Part shown: piece by piece, positions 8,495 to 17,232 of the stretch | Position numbering within the stretch: the stretch's first letter is position 1 | Layout: each line of letters opens with the position of its first letter | Virus record (IMG/VR): IMGVR_UViG_3300037882_001089 | Coordinates: 1 to 63,999 of that record | Length of the DNA stretch: 63,999 nt | Direction: 5' to 3' (one strand) | Origin: a virus | Lineage: Duplodnaviria > Caudoviricetes | Program-made: the position numbers and the translations under genes | The notes under the pieces: model-generated | The model's database searches: none | What the model was told of the DNA's origin: nothing | Seen by the model: the letters and a program-made list of their open reading frames with translations, nothing else

Positions 8495-8680
8495 ATGGAA
8501 AATCGACTATCTACTTCGGAAAAAGTTAAAATTGAGTTATCAAGAAAAAAAATGAGCCAATTAGAACTTGCCGAGAAATTAAATTTAGACCAAATGACTA
8601 TTAGTCGAAGAATGAACTCCAATGCTTGGAAACCTATTGAGGTTTTCTATATGAAACATTCACTTGGTTTTGACCTTTAA
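8495..8680 (+). CDS. Cro/XRE-like HTH regulator
   Basis: MSQLELAEKLNLDQMTISRRMN. Confidence 0.75.
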   Translation: MENRLSTSEKVKIELSRKKMSQLELAEKLNLDQMTISRRMNSNAWKPIEVFYMKHSLGFDL

Positions 8681-8689
8681 ATATTTTTT

Positions 8690-9553
8690 ATGGAAAAATT
8701 AACGTGGTTTAAATTCACTCCCTCCGATTGGGTGATGGGTAAAATTCAAAGATGCCCCGAAATCACCCAAGCAAGATTCATGAGGCTATGTTGTGTTTAC
8801 TGGAACAAAGACTGCGTTCTAACTTTTGAGGAAGCAGATATTGAAGTTGACAAAGAGCATATTGAATTATTGGTATCAAAAAAAATAATTAAAATAGAAA
8901 ACAACTATATTGTAATAGATTTTCTAAAAGAACAATTAGATGAAATAATAGTAACATCTGAAAAAAGAAGAAAAGCAGTACAAAAGAGATGGGATAATAT
9001 ATCTAAAAAAAATACAAGTGTATCAAAAAATAATACAAATGAATTAATTAATAATACAAGTGTAATACAAAATGATACAGATAAGAGTAAGAGTAGAGAA
9101 GATAAAGAAAAGAATATATTAAATAAATCTCTTTTATCAGAAATAAAAATTTCTGAGGATAAAAATTTTTTATTGATAAATGATTTAAAAATTAAAACTT
9201 CGGAAGATTATTTAAAGTATTTTTCTATCGCTATTCAGTTTCAAAAACTATTTATTAAAAACTTGAAAGAAAAAAATTCTCCTACATTTTCACAAGAAAA
9301 AGCAAAATACGCGGATTATGTAACTCCTATTAGGCTTATTTTCGAGAAAGATAAAGCTAACAAAGAGCAATTAATAGAAGCTTATAATTACTTAAACTCA
9401 TCAGAAGGAGAGTTTTGGAAATCTAATATATTAAACACAGCTAAATTAAGAGAGAAACTATCAACCCTAATAGCCAAGAAAAACACTAAGTCTAATTTTG
9501 AAGCAAAAAAAGAGGCTTTAGTTCCTGACCATTCTAAAAGAACAAGATTTTAA
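8690..9553 (+). CDS. putative phage replication initiator
   Basis: WFKFTPSDW N-terminus, SEKRRKAVQKRW, low-complexity linker, FWKSNILNTAKLRE; directly upstream of dnaB. Confidence 0.65.
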   Translation: MEKLTWFKFTPSDWVMGKIQRCPEITQARFMRLCCVYWNKDCVLTFEEADIEVDKEHIELLVSKKIIKIENNYIVIDFLKEQLDEIIVTSEKRRKAVQKRWDNISKKNTSVSKNNTNELINNTSVIQNDTDKSKSREDKEKNILNKSLLSEIKISEDKNFLLINDLKIKTSEDYLKYFSIAIQFQKLFIKNLKEKNSPTFSQEKAKYADYVTPIRLIFEKDKANKEQLIEAYNYLNSSEGEFWKSNILNTAKLREKLSTLIAKKNTKSNFEAKKEALVPDHSKRTRF

Positions 9554-9555
9554 CA

Positions 9556-11094
9556 ATGGAAACTTATAAACCAACAGCAGTTTCTAAATCTACGATAGTA
9601 AATTTAGACAAAGCAAAGTTGCCACCACAAGCAGTTGATTTAGAGGAGGCGATTTTAGGAGCGATGATGTTAGACAATAACGGCTTGACAGAAGCAATGG
9701 AACTTTTAACAGCGGAAGTTTTCTATAAAGATTGTAATAAACTTATTTTCGAGGCTATTTCAGAGCTTTTCTCTAAAAACAAATCTATTGACTTGTTAAC
9801 TATTTCAAATGAGCTTAAAAGAACCGATAAATTAGCTTTGGTTGGAGGAGATTTTTATTTAATACAACTTACTCAAAAAATATCTTCATCCGCACACATT
9901 GAATACCATTCAAGGATTATTTTACAAAAATGGATTCAAAGAAAATGTATAAGTATTTCATCTGAAATTATTGAGGAGTCATACGAAGAAGATGCTGATG
10001 CTTTACAGCTTTTAGAAAATGCTTATAGAGAGTACGGAGGTATAACGGATTTAATTACTCTTGGAAAAAAAATAGATTTTAGAAAAAGTGTAAGAGATTT
10101 TTTGAATACATCAAGTTCAAAATCAAGAGGAGTTCCTTCGTCATTAACTTCTTTGGATAAAAAACTAAATGGTTATCAAAATTCAGATTTAATTATTTTA
10201 GCGGCAAGACCCGGCATGGGTAAAACTGCGATGGTTTTAAATGAGGTTTTAGAGTGTGGATTAAGAAATATTCCAGTTGCTTTTTTTAGTTTAGAGATGA
10301 GCGAAAAACAAATAATTGGGCGTATGTTAAGCACAATATCAGGAATAGATGTCACTAAAGTAAATCAAATGAATTTAACTCACTCAGAAACTATTTACTT
10401 AAAAAAATGTGCCGATATGCTTTCTGAATTGCCAATTTATATTGATGATACTGGAGGTATTTCCCCAATCGAATTAAAGATTAAAGCAAATAAACTAAAA
10501 AGAGAGAATGGGGTTAAGATGATTGTAGTAGATTATCTGCAATTAATGAAAGTTAAAAACAAGAAAGTTGGAAATCGTGAACAAGAGATTTCAGAAATAT
10601 CGCAATCTCTAAAAAACTTAGCCAAAGAACTTGATGTACCATTAATTGCTTTATCTCAATTATCACGAAGCGTTGAGCAACGAGGAGCAAACAAAAGACC
10701 ATTGCTATCTGATTTAAGAGAATCAGGTTCTATTGAGCAAGATGCGGACGTGGTAATGTTTATCTATCGCCCCGAATATTATAGAATTGAGGAGTGGGAT
10801 GATGATGAACACTCCCCAACATACAATCAAGCAGAAATTGAAGTTGCTAAATATCGTAATGGAGAAACTGGTTTTTGTAGAGTAGGGTGTGAATTGAAAT
10901 ACATGAGATTTATGGACATTGAACATTTAAACTCAGATATTACGGGCAGATATTTTAGAAATGGGAAAGTAGATTTTGAACTCGAAACTAATAACACCGA
11001 AATTCCTAAAATAAATCCTAATGAAGCCTTTGCTCCCGTTGACTTTTCAGAGCCTAAAAATAAATTAGAAGAAGATAATGATATACCATTTTGA
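9556..11094 (+). CDS. dnaB: replicative DNA helicase DnaB
   Basis: PPQAVDLEEAILGA, AARPGMGKT, FSLEM, VDYLQL, LSQLSR, DLRESGSIEQDAD. Confidence 0.97.
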   Translation: METYKPTAVSKSTIVNLDKAKLPPQAVDLEEAILGAMMLDNNGLTEAMELLTAEVFYKDCNKLIFEAISELFSKNKSIDLLTISNELKRTDKLALVGGDFYLIQLTQKISSSAHIEYHSRIILQKWIQRKCISISSEIIEESYEEDADALQLLENAYREYGGITDLITLGKKIDFRKSVRDFLNTSSSKSRGVPSSLTSLDKKLNGYQNSDLIILAARPGMGKTAMVLNEVLECGLRNIPVAFFSLEMSEKQIIGRMLSTISGIDVTKVNQMNLTHSETIYLKKCADMLSELPIYIDDTGGISPIELKIKANKLKRENGVKMIVVDYLQLMKVKNKKVGNREQEISEISQSLKNLAKELDVPLIALSQLSRSVEQRGANKRPLLSDLRESGSIEQDADVVMFIYRPEYYRIEEWDDDEHSPTYNQAEIEVAKYRNGETGFCRVGCELKYMRFMDIEHLNSDITGRYFRNGKVDFELETNNTEIPKINPNEAFAPVDFSEPKNKLEEDNDIPF

Positions 11095-11127
11095 TAAACA
11101 AATCGAATTAAATAAAGAAACAATACT

Positions 11128-12024
11128 ATGAGTCAAAAAGCGAAAAGATACAATAAAGGGAAAATACGATATGAGTTAATATCCACAATAGCATTACAAG
11201 AATTAGCAAAGGTTTATACTTTAGGAGCGCATAAATATTCTGTTTACAATGATGATTCAGGGAAAGTAGTTTTCGGTAAAGATATTCCTTTCGAGGAAGT
11301 TGGTAATTATCAATTAATAGAAGACGCTTCAAGTAATTGGAAATTAGGACTTAATTGGAAAGAAGCAATGGGTTCTGTAAAAAGACATATTGAGGCATGG
11401 GAATCGGGAGAAGATTTTGATGAATTAGGAACTTTACATTTAGGTAATGCTATGTGGGGATTAGCTACGTTAATAGATTTCTACAAAACTTACCCACAAG
11501 GAGATGACAGACCACATAACTACTTAAAAGAAGTAAAAATAGGATTAGATATTGATGAGGTTATTTGTGATTGGACAGGTGCTTGGTGTGAAAAGTTTGG
11601 CTATGATATTCCTACTAACTGGAATTTCAGTTATGACAATAAAGAGCATTTCGATAGTTTTACAGAGGACGAATTGAATGAATTTTACTTGAATATTCCA
11701 CCAAAGATTAAAGCAGAAGATTTGCCATTTGAACCTCATTGCTACATTACAAGTAGAAGTGTTCCCGAAGAACTAACTAAAAATTGGTTAATGAAACACG
11801 GATTTCCCACTACTCCTGTTTACTCTATTGGATTTGGAGTTTCTAAGGTTGAAGTTGCTTTAAAATCAGGAATAGACTTATTTGTGGACGATAGATTTGA
11901 AAACTTCGTAGAATTAAACAATAATGGTATTTGTTGTTTTCTATTCGATGCTCCACACAATCAAAGATATAATGTTGGATTTAAACGCATTAAAACTCTT
12001 AATGAACTTGTCCAAAAATACTAA
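11128..12024 (+). CDS. dATP/dGTP diphosphohydrolase (DUF5664-like) fused to a HAD 5'-nucleotidase-like domain
   Basis: RYNKGKIRYELI...GAHKY...NWKLG...KRHIEAWESGED...HLGNA, then IGLDIDEV...FVDDRFEN...APHN. Confidence 0.75.
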   Translation: MSQKAKRYNKGKIRYELISTIALQELAKVYTLGAHKYSVYNDDSGKVVFGKDIPFEEVGNYQLIEDASSNWKLGLNWKEAMGSVKRHIEAWESGEDFDELGTLHLGNAMWGLATLIDFYKTYPQGDDRPHNYLKEVKIGLDIDEVICDWTGAWCEKFGYDIPTNWNFSYDNKEHFDSFTEDELNEFYLNIPPKIKAEDLPFEPHCYITSRSVPEELTKNWLMKHGFPTTPVYSIGFGVSKVEVALKSGIDLFVDDRFENFVELNNNGICCFLFDAPHNQRYNVGFKRIKTLNELVQKY

Positions 12025-12042
12025 TCTAAAACAATTAGCGTT

Positions 12043-12297
12043 ATGAACTTTAAAGTAGGGGAGAAAGTAGTTTCACTCAGAGATTGGGACGAAGGAACTA
12101 ATAATCCAAAGAAGAATGAGATTGTAACTATACAAGCAATTGAAGAAGAAGATGGTTATTTAACTTTGGCGGAATATCTTTTTGAAGATGGAGAAGAACA
12201 ATGTTTTAATCCTAAATATTTTAGAAAGTTAGATTACGAGTTTGCGGAAAACTTGTTAGCCCAAATAAAACAGGAAGTATTAAGTAATAAAATTTAA
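12043..12297 (+). CDS. hypothetical SH3-like protein
   Basis: MNFKVGEKVV start. Confidence 0.55.
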   Translation: MNFKVGEKVVSLRDWDEGTNNPKKNEIVTIQAIEEEDGYLTLAEYLFEDGEEQCFNPKYFRKLDYEFAENLLAQIKQEVLSNKI

Positions 12298-12304
12298 AGT
12301 AATT

Positions 12305-12556
12305 ATGGAAAACATACTAAATAGAATTGGAGAAGAAACGCTCCCTTCAATAATTGAATATCCTTTTTCAAAAAATACAATAACCGCTATAAATATTTTT
12401 TATAAGCCCGTATTATTTACACAAGGTAAAGAATGGTCTGCAAGAGCAAGTGTTAAATTCACAAAAGGTAATACATCAGGAGAGCAATCTTTTGAAAAAC
12501 CAACATTTGATGAGGTTGTTATTGAAATAAGAAATTTTATCAATTCTTTAAAATAG
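12305..12556 (+). CDS. hypothetical protein
   Basis: Closely packed ORF. Confidence 0.55.
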   Translation: MENILNRIGEETLPSIIEYPFSKNTITAINIFYKPVLFTQGKEWSARASVKFTKGNTSGEQSFEKPTFDEVVIEIRNFINSLK

Positions 12557-12563
12557 AAAAACT

Positions 12564-12803
12564 ATGAAACTAACAGAACAACAGAAAGAAGAAATAAAAG
12601 AGATTATCTCCGACAAGTATTTAAACGGGGAAACTCCTAATGATACTGACAGATTTGAAGAAGATTTAGGAATGGTAGATTTAGATTTATTAGAATTGGT
12701 AGTAGAATTAGAGCAAGTTTTTGATATTGCTATTCCCGACGAACAATGGAGAGCCACCAAAACTATTAACGATGTATTTCAAATAATAGATAAAACCCTA
12801 TGA
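12564..12803 (+). CDS. acyl-carrier-protein homologue lacking the phosphopantetheine serine
   Basis: FEEDLGMVDLDLLELVVELEQVFDIAIPDE...TINDV versus canonical F.[28 protein letters not shown]. Confidence 0.75.
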   Translation: MKLTEQQKEEIKEIISDKYLNGETPNDTDRFEEDLGMVDLDLLELVVELEQVFDIAIPDEQWRATKTINDVFQIIDKTL

Positions 12804-12806
12804 AAC

Positions 12807-12992
12807 ATGAACAGATACGACAAACAAACCGAATTTGCACAAACTTTAGGATTTAAAACTCCCGCTTTAGCAATTATTTCATTAGGGAAATATAAGTTTA
12901 TGGATGATTTTAAATTGTGGGAACTAAAAAATTATGCACTAACGGTTTTGCGTATATACGAGGTACGCCAAACGATAAATTTCAAATTATAA
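12807..12992 (+). CDS. hypothetical protein whose C-terminus is supplied by hairpin C
   Basis: The ORF reads through TAAC at 12940-12943 into the hairpin. Confidence 0.45.
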   Translation: MNRYDKQTEFAQTLGFKTPALAIISLGKYKFMDDFKLWELKNYALTVLRIYEVRQTINFKL

Positions 12993-13036
12993 ACAAATGC
13001 TTGTAGGCGTATCTTGTATATACGCTGTTATGCACC
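12936..13036 (+). mobile_element. attC-like recombination hairpin C
   Basis: CACTAAC-ggtttt-GCGTATATACgAGgTACGCC ... GGCGTAtCTtGTATATACGC-t-GTTATGC. Confidence 0.85.
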
Positions 13037-13051
13037 GTAATTATTATTAAA

Positions 13052-13255
13052 ATGGACGAAAGAAAACAAAAATTAATAGATGCTTTGAAAGTTGAAAGAG
13101 GATATTTTGAAGCAAGAGGACAAAGCACATTAGAACATGATTTTGCAATTGAATACCTTGAAACTGGTAGAACTGATGAAGACACCGATGAATTTGAATT
13201 GCTTGATGCGGTTATGAATGACTTTGATATGGTTTGCTCCGATTATGGTGCATAA
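13052..13255 (+). CDS. small acidic protein (cassette gene)
   Basis: Bounded by GTTATGCACCGTAAT and ATTATGGTGCATAAC; the stop codon is inside TAAC. Confidence 0.7.
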   Translation: MDERKQKLIDALKVERGYFEARGQSTLEHDFAIEYLETGRTDEDTDEFELLDAVMNDFDMVCSDYGA

Positions 13256-13381
13256 CGTTCTCGCGCTACACTCAGTAGCGTGCCGAAATGCCAAATTATC
13301 GGAGTTTGCCCGAAAAATGCAAGCACAAAACAATAATAACCAAAGCCAAATGAAGCTATTGATTGTAGTAGCTGTTATATT
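13250..13381 (+). mobile_element. attC-like recombination hairpin D
   Basis: GCATAAC-gttctc-GCgCTACAcTCAgTAGC ... GCTAtTGAtTGTAGtaGC-t-GTTATAT. Confidence 0.75.
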
Positions 13382-13410
13382 CTCGGCTTTTTTACTAACA
13401 AATTAAACAA

Positions 13411-13650
13411 ATGATTATGAGCAAACAAAAAGGATTTTGCGATGTATGCGGAACTGAAATCGAAGTTAATATGTGTTGTAGCGGTCACGAATGCGGATGT
13501 ATGGGGTTGCCAACTGAACCGCCTATCTGTTCTGAAAAATGTTATGATACATTTATGAGCCAAGAATATCAAGATGATAAAAAAGCTAAAAGTGAATTTG
13601 TATTCTTTAATCCAAAAAATAAAATAAATGACAATAGATACATTAAATAA
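13411..13650 (+). CDS. Cys-rich small protein (cassette gene)
   Basis: CDVC...CCSGHECGCMG...CSEKC. Confidence 0.65.
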   Translation: MIMSKQKGFCDVCGTEIEVNMCCSGHECGCMGLPTEPPICSEKCYDTFMSQEYQDDKKAKSEFVFFNPKNKINDNRYIK

Positions 13651-13828
13651 AGCTAACGCTATTAAAAAAACTATTGATAAATTAGAGATTGAACACTCTA
13701 AAATATCCAAGTTTTACAGCAAAAAAGAACCCTTAACAAAGGAAGAACTTGAAGAATTATTTCAAATCGCAATGTTAAACACCACTTATGCGACAAGTAG
13801 ATTTAAAGACGAACTAAAAGCGTTATAA
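13628..13828 (+). CDS. hypothetical protein (second gene of the same cassette)
   Basis: Lies before the cassette end GAATATAAC at 13871-13879. Confidence 0.6.
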   Translation: MTIDTLNKANAIKKTIDKLEIEHSKISKFYSKKEPLTKEELEELFQIAMLNTTYATSRFKDELKAL

Positions 13829-13926
13829 AAATAGCCAGAGTTACTTTCACCAGAAAGTTGCTCGAAGCTGGAATATAACTCGTCGCTTTACGTAACTAAT
13901 GTGGTAAAACTAATAAAACAACGCTT

Positions 13927-14202
13927 ATGAACACTATAATTATTGAGCCACATTTTACCACATTGCATTTTTTAAAAGGATTTGAATATAAAGGTAGAAT
14001 GTTTGGTTTTAAAAATAAGAAACTATACAGACTTCCTTATATTTATAAGCACAGATGTTACCCTCTTAAAGAAATAGTTTTTAGAGATAATCATTTTAGA
14101 GTTTGTAGGGATAAATTAAGTTGGAATGTTATTTCTCCAAAAATAGAAAATATTGATATTATTGTTAAATTACCTGAAAAACATTCAGACATACCATTTT
14201 AA
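13927..14202 (+). CDS. hypothetical protein
   Basis: ORF ending DIPF. Confidence 0.5.
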   Translation: MNTIIIEPHFTTLHFLKGFEYKGRMFGFKNKKLYRLPYIYKHRCYPLKEIVFRDNHFRVCRDKLSWNVISPKIENIDIIVKLPEKHSDIPF

Positions 14203-14204
14203 TT

Positions 14205-14612
14205 ATGAAAGAATACATCCCAAAGAAGTGTAAAAACAAAGAGTGCGATAAAAATGCTTTTAGTAGTTTAGTTCCATATTGTAGCCAGTCGTGTAAAAAT
14301 AAGGTCAAAACTCCTAATTTGAAGCTAAAACCTTTATATAAGATTCCTAAAGTAAGTAAGAAAAGGCAAGTGGAAAATTTACAATACTTAGTTTTGAGGA
14401 CAGAATTTTTAGCAAAAAAAGAAAATCAAATTTGCCCTATAACAAATAAGCCAACAACGGACATACATCATCAAAAAGGCAGAATTGGTAAATTACTATT
14501 AGATACAAGATTTTGGATTGCCTTATCAAGAGAAGGACATAAATTTGTCGAGGAAAATCCCGAATGGGCGAAAGAAAATGGTTATTCATTAAATAGATTA
14601 TCCAATGATTAA
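14205..14612 (+). CDS. NinG/HNH-like nuclease with N-terminal zinc finger
   Basis: CKNKEC...YCSQSC; ICPIT...TDIHHQKGR...SREGHKFVEENP. Confidence 0.6.
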   Translation: MKEYIPKKCKNKECDKNAFSSLVPYCSQSCKNKVKTPNLKLKPLYKIPKVSKKRQVENLQYLVLRTEFLAKKENQICPITNKPTTDIHHQKGRIGKLLLDTRFWIALSREGHKFVEENPEWAKENGYSLNRLSND

Positions 14613-14937
14613 AATAGATTTGAAACCGCTTTCCGTAAATCAGGCTTGGAAAGGGAAAAGATTTAAAACAGATGCTTATAAAATATTTGAAAAGCAATTA
14701 TTGTTATTGCTCCCTAAAAACTACTTAATTCCCGAACCACCATTTGAAATACATTTAGAGTTTGGATTTAGTTCCGCAAATTCAGATTGGGACAATGGAA
14801 TTAAACAGTTTGTAGATGTTTTAGCGAAGAAATACGGTTTTAACGACAGATATATTAAAAAAGGAGTTGTTGTTGTGAAAGACGTTAAAAAAGGCGAAGA
14901 ATATATTAAATTTAATCTAATAACATTAATAAAATGA
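14605..14937 (+). CDS. rusA: RusA-like Holliday junction resolvase
   Basis: PLSVNQAW...SDWDNGIKQFVDVL...FNDRYI. Confidence 0.8.
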   Translation: MIKIDLKPLSVNQAWKGKRFKTDAYKIFEKQLLLLLPKNYLIPEPPFEIHLEFGFSSANSDWDNGIKQFVDVLAKKYGFNDRYIKKGVVVVKDVKKGEEYIKFNLITLIK

Positions 14938-15093
14938 TTTACAAAGGCTATACAATAATCCCAAATAATACTGGTTATGTAGTTTATGATTTTTTTAGGG
15001 AAGATGATGAACTAATAAGTGGGAACGGAGAAACTATCGAAGATTGCAAAAAACAAATAGACGAAATTTTAGAAAACAATTAAAACTTAATAT

Positions 15094-15274
15094 TATGAAA
15101 AATTTAGAAAAATTCCTTGAATTTGCCTATCCAATATTTAAGTTATTATTAATGATGTTTTTAATGATAACAAATCAATGGACAATTACTTTAATTATGC
15201 TATTCTTATTTGTTTTAGCTACTTTTTGTACTGACTTAATAGTAAGAGCGATTAAAAACCCTAAAAACAAATAA
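15094..15274 (+). CDS. small membrane protein
   Basis: Hydrophobic segments. Confidence 0.5.
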
Positions 15275-15276
15275 AT

Positions 15277-15483
15277 ATGAAAGCAATTGTAACTATCAGC
15301 AGAAAGAACTATGAAAACTACTTAACAATACATAATTTAACTCCCAAAGAAGCTAAATGGGTAGCTGTTTTAAGAGATGTAAAAGATACTGAGTTTTCCT
15401 CAGTAGAGTTTATTAGTGGATTTGAAAACGTAACAGATTTTGTAATATCTAAAATCAAAGTAAGAGATGAAGAGGAGCAATAA
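15277..15483 (+). CDS. hypothetical protein
   Basis: Closely packed ORF. Confidence 0.5.
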   Translation: MKAIVTISRKNYENYLTIHNLTPKEAKWVAVLRDVKDTEFSSVEFISGFENVTDFVISKIKVRDEEEQ

Positions 15484-15853
15484 AATAGATGCCTTACTAC
15501 TTCAATTAAGTAGCGGACAAATGGAGAATGATAAAGTTAAGTTATTACATACTTTGAGTTTTGCGGACTTAACTTTAGCACAAATAGTTTCTATGGGTTG
15601 GAAAATCCAAACAGCATCAGGAAGATTAGCAGATTTAGAGGAAATGGGGTTAGTTAGAAAAACTTATAACCCCAATAGTAAATATTCTACTTACAGTTTC
15701 GTTAAAACTTCCGAAGAACAAAAAGAACTTCGGGAGGACATACAAAGAGAAAAACTACTAAAATACTTCTCTAAAGGATGTGAGTTAAATTACATCATTT
15801 TCAACGACAAAAATAACACTTGGGAATTTAATATGAGTTTAATTAAATTTTAG
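15467..15853 (+). CDS. winged-HTH protein
   Basis: IQTASGRLADLEEMGLVRK. Confidence 0.55.
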   Translation: MKRSNKIDALLLQLSSGQMENDKVKLLHTLSFADLTLAQIVSMGWKIQTASGRLADLEEMGLVRKTYNPNSKYSTYSFVKTSEEQKELREDIQREKLLKYFSKGCELNYIIFNDKNNTWEFNMSLIKF

Positions 15854-15856
15854 ATT

Positions 15857-16210
15857 ATGGATATAGATGATTTTTTCAATATTAAAGAAGAAAAATACGA
15901 ACCTACAAATATGTCTAAAGATGAATTTGTTGATAAAACAAGAAAACTTTTAAAACATCTTGATAGGCATTATACTGAAAATTGGCGTTCCCGCCCATTA
16001 AAAGAAGAAGAATTTCCAAACGAAAACATTTGTGATAAATGTACGGGTTGCGGAATTTTCAAATTAAAAAATGAAGAAGCGGAATGTACAAAAGATTACG
16101 AAGAAGGAGAGTGTTATCACAGATATTTTGATGCAGAAGAATTTGGATTAGAAGTTGAAACTTGTTTCGATGATATTTACGAACTTTTATTTGTAGATAA
16201 TGTTGAGTAA
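15857..16210 (+). CDS. acidic Cys-containing hypothetical protein
   Basis: CDKCTGC motif. Confidence 0.55.
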   Translation: MDIDDFFNIKEEKYEPTNMSKDEFVDKTRKLLKHLDRHYTENWRSRPLKEEEFPNENICDKCTGCGIFKLKNEEAECTKDYEEGECYHRYFDAEEFGLEVETCFDDIYELLFVDNVE

Positions 16211-16234
16211 TAAATCTCATAAAAACTAGTAACA

Positions 16235-16426
16235 ATGAAAAGAACAGCAATGGAGAAAATAACTCCAACAAAGGAACTAAAAGAGTACTATCAAAAAGTA
16301 ATAGACTTCTGTAAAACTAATAACGTGCCATTCAAAAAACTCCACCCAGTAGGCTTATCAGTAGATTTGAGGGATATTCCTAAAGATAAAGTAGAGGAAT
16401 GGATTAGTGTCGTTAGTAAAAACTAA
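16235..16426 (+). CDS. hypothetical protein
   Basis: ORF similar to 16513-16659. Confidence 0.5.
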   Translation: MKRTAMEKITPTKELKEYYQKVIDFCKTNNVPFKKLHPVGLSVDLRDIPKDKVEEWISVVSKN

Positions 16427-16512
16427 TCCTATGAAAACTCCTTATTACTCTTATCGTTACGGTAAATGGTATCTTGTAGGATATATAACCGAAGAATCTA
16501 AATAAACTAATT

Positions 16513-16659
16513 ATGAGCGAGAAACTAATAAACTACCTAAAACTACATTCAATACCGTTTGTATTTTTAGATGGAGGAATAGCAATTGATATAGATGACA
16601 TTCCAAGCGAATACAAAGAAGAAGTAAATAACCTTTTTAACGAAAAAAATAATGAGTAA
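16513..16659 (+). CDS. small hypothetical protein (48 aa)
   Basis: MSEKLINYLKLHSIPFVFLDGGIAIDIDDIPSEYKEEV... Confidence 0.5.
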   Translation: MSEKLINYLKLHSIPFVFLDGGIAIDIDDIPSEYKEEVNNLFNEKNNE

Positions 16660-17191
16660 ATTATCAAAAAAGCAAAAAAACTTTCTCAAAACTATTGAGA
16701 ACAAAAAATATCGTAAAGAACAAAAGATTCAGTTTAAACTACAAAACGAATTTGATGGTTTTATGGAGCAACACCCAATGAACGGAGTTATGTACACGAT
16801 TAAACAATCCAACGAAAACTCACTAACAAAAGAAAAGCTAAATGAACTTACTAATCCCGAAAAAACTAAAAATTATGATAAAGTTTTAGAAAAAGTATTT
16901 TCAATGATTGATGCTTCAAAAGTAAACGAAATAGAGGTAGTTAGTCCTATTGACCTTTCAAAAAAAGTTAACGACCAAGAAAGAAATCAAAAACTATTTA
17001 ACTATATAAGCAATGAATTTGGAGTTTCATGTACAGATGATAACCTCCAAGAAATAGAAGATATAGTTAGAGAGATGTTTGAAAAAGATTACGAAGAAAT
17101 AGAGTTTTTAAAACAAAAACTTGCCTTTTATGAAAAAGTCCAATCCAATATGATACGTTTTTATAAAACAAGTACTAATTACAATAAATAG
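16652..17191 (+). CDS. hypothetical protein
   Basis: 179-aa ORF, last gene of the + operon. Confidence 0.6.
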   Translation: MSKLSKKQKNFLKTIENKKYRKEQKIQFKLQNEFDGFMEQHPMNGVMYTIKQSNENSLTKEKLNELTNPEKTKNYDKVLEKVFSMIDASKVNEIEVVSPIDLSKKVNDQERNQKLFNYISNEFGVSCTDDNLQEIEDIVREMFEKDYEEIEFLKQKLAFYEKVQSNMIRFYKTSTNYNK

Positions 17192-17198
17192 TTTAATC

Positions 17199-17232
17199 AA
17201 AAAGCCTCGACTAATAATCGAGGCTTTTTTTT
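17199..17232. terminator. bidirectional intrinsic terminator
   Basis: AAAAAGCCTCGA-ctaataa-TCGAGGCTTTTTTT between convergent genes. Confidence 0.85.

Noticed and set aside
13218-13406. 62-aa ORF in the track
   Set aside because: It spans hairpin D and overlaps the upstream gene; probably incidental.
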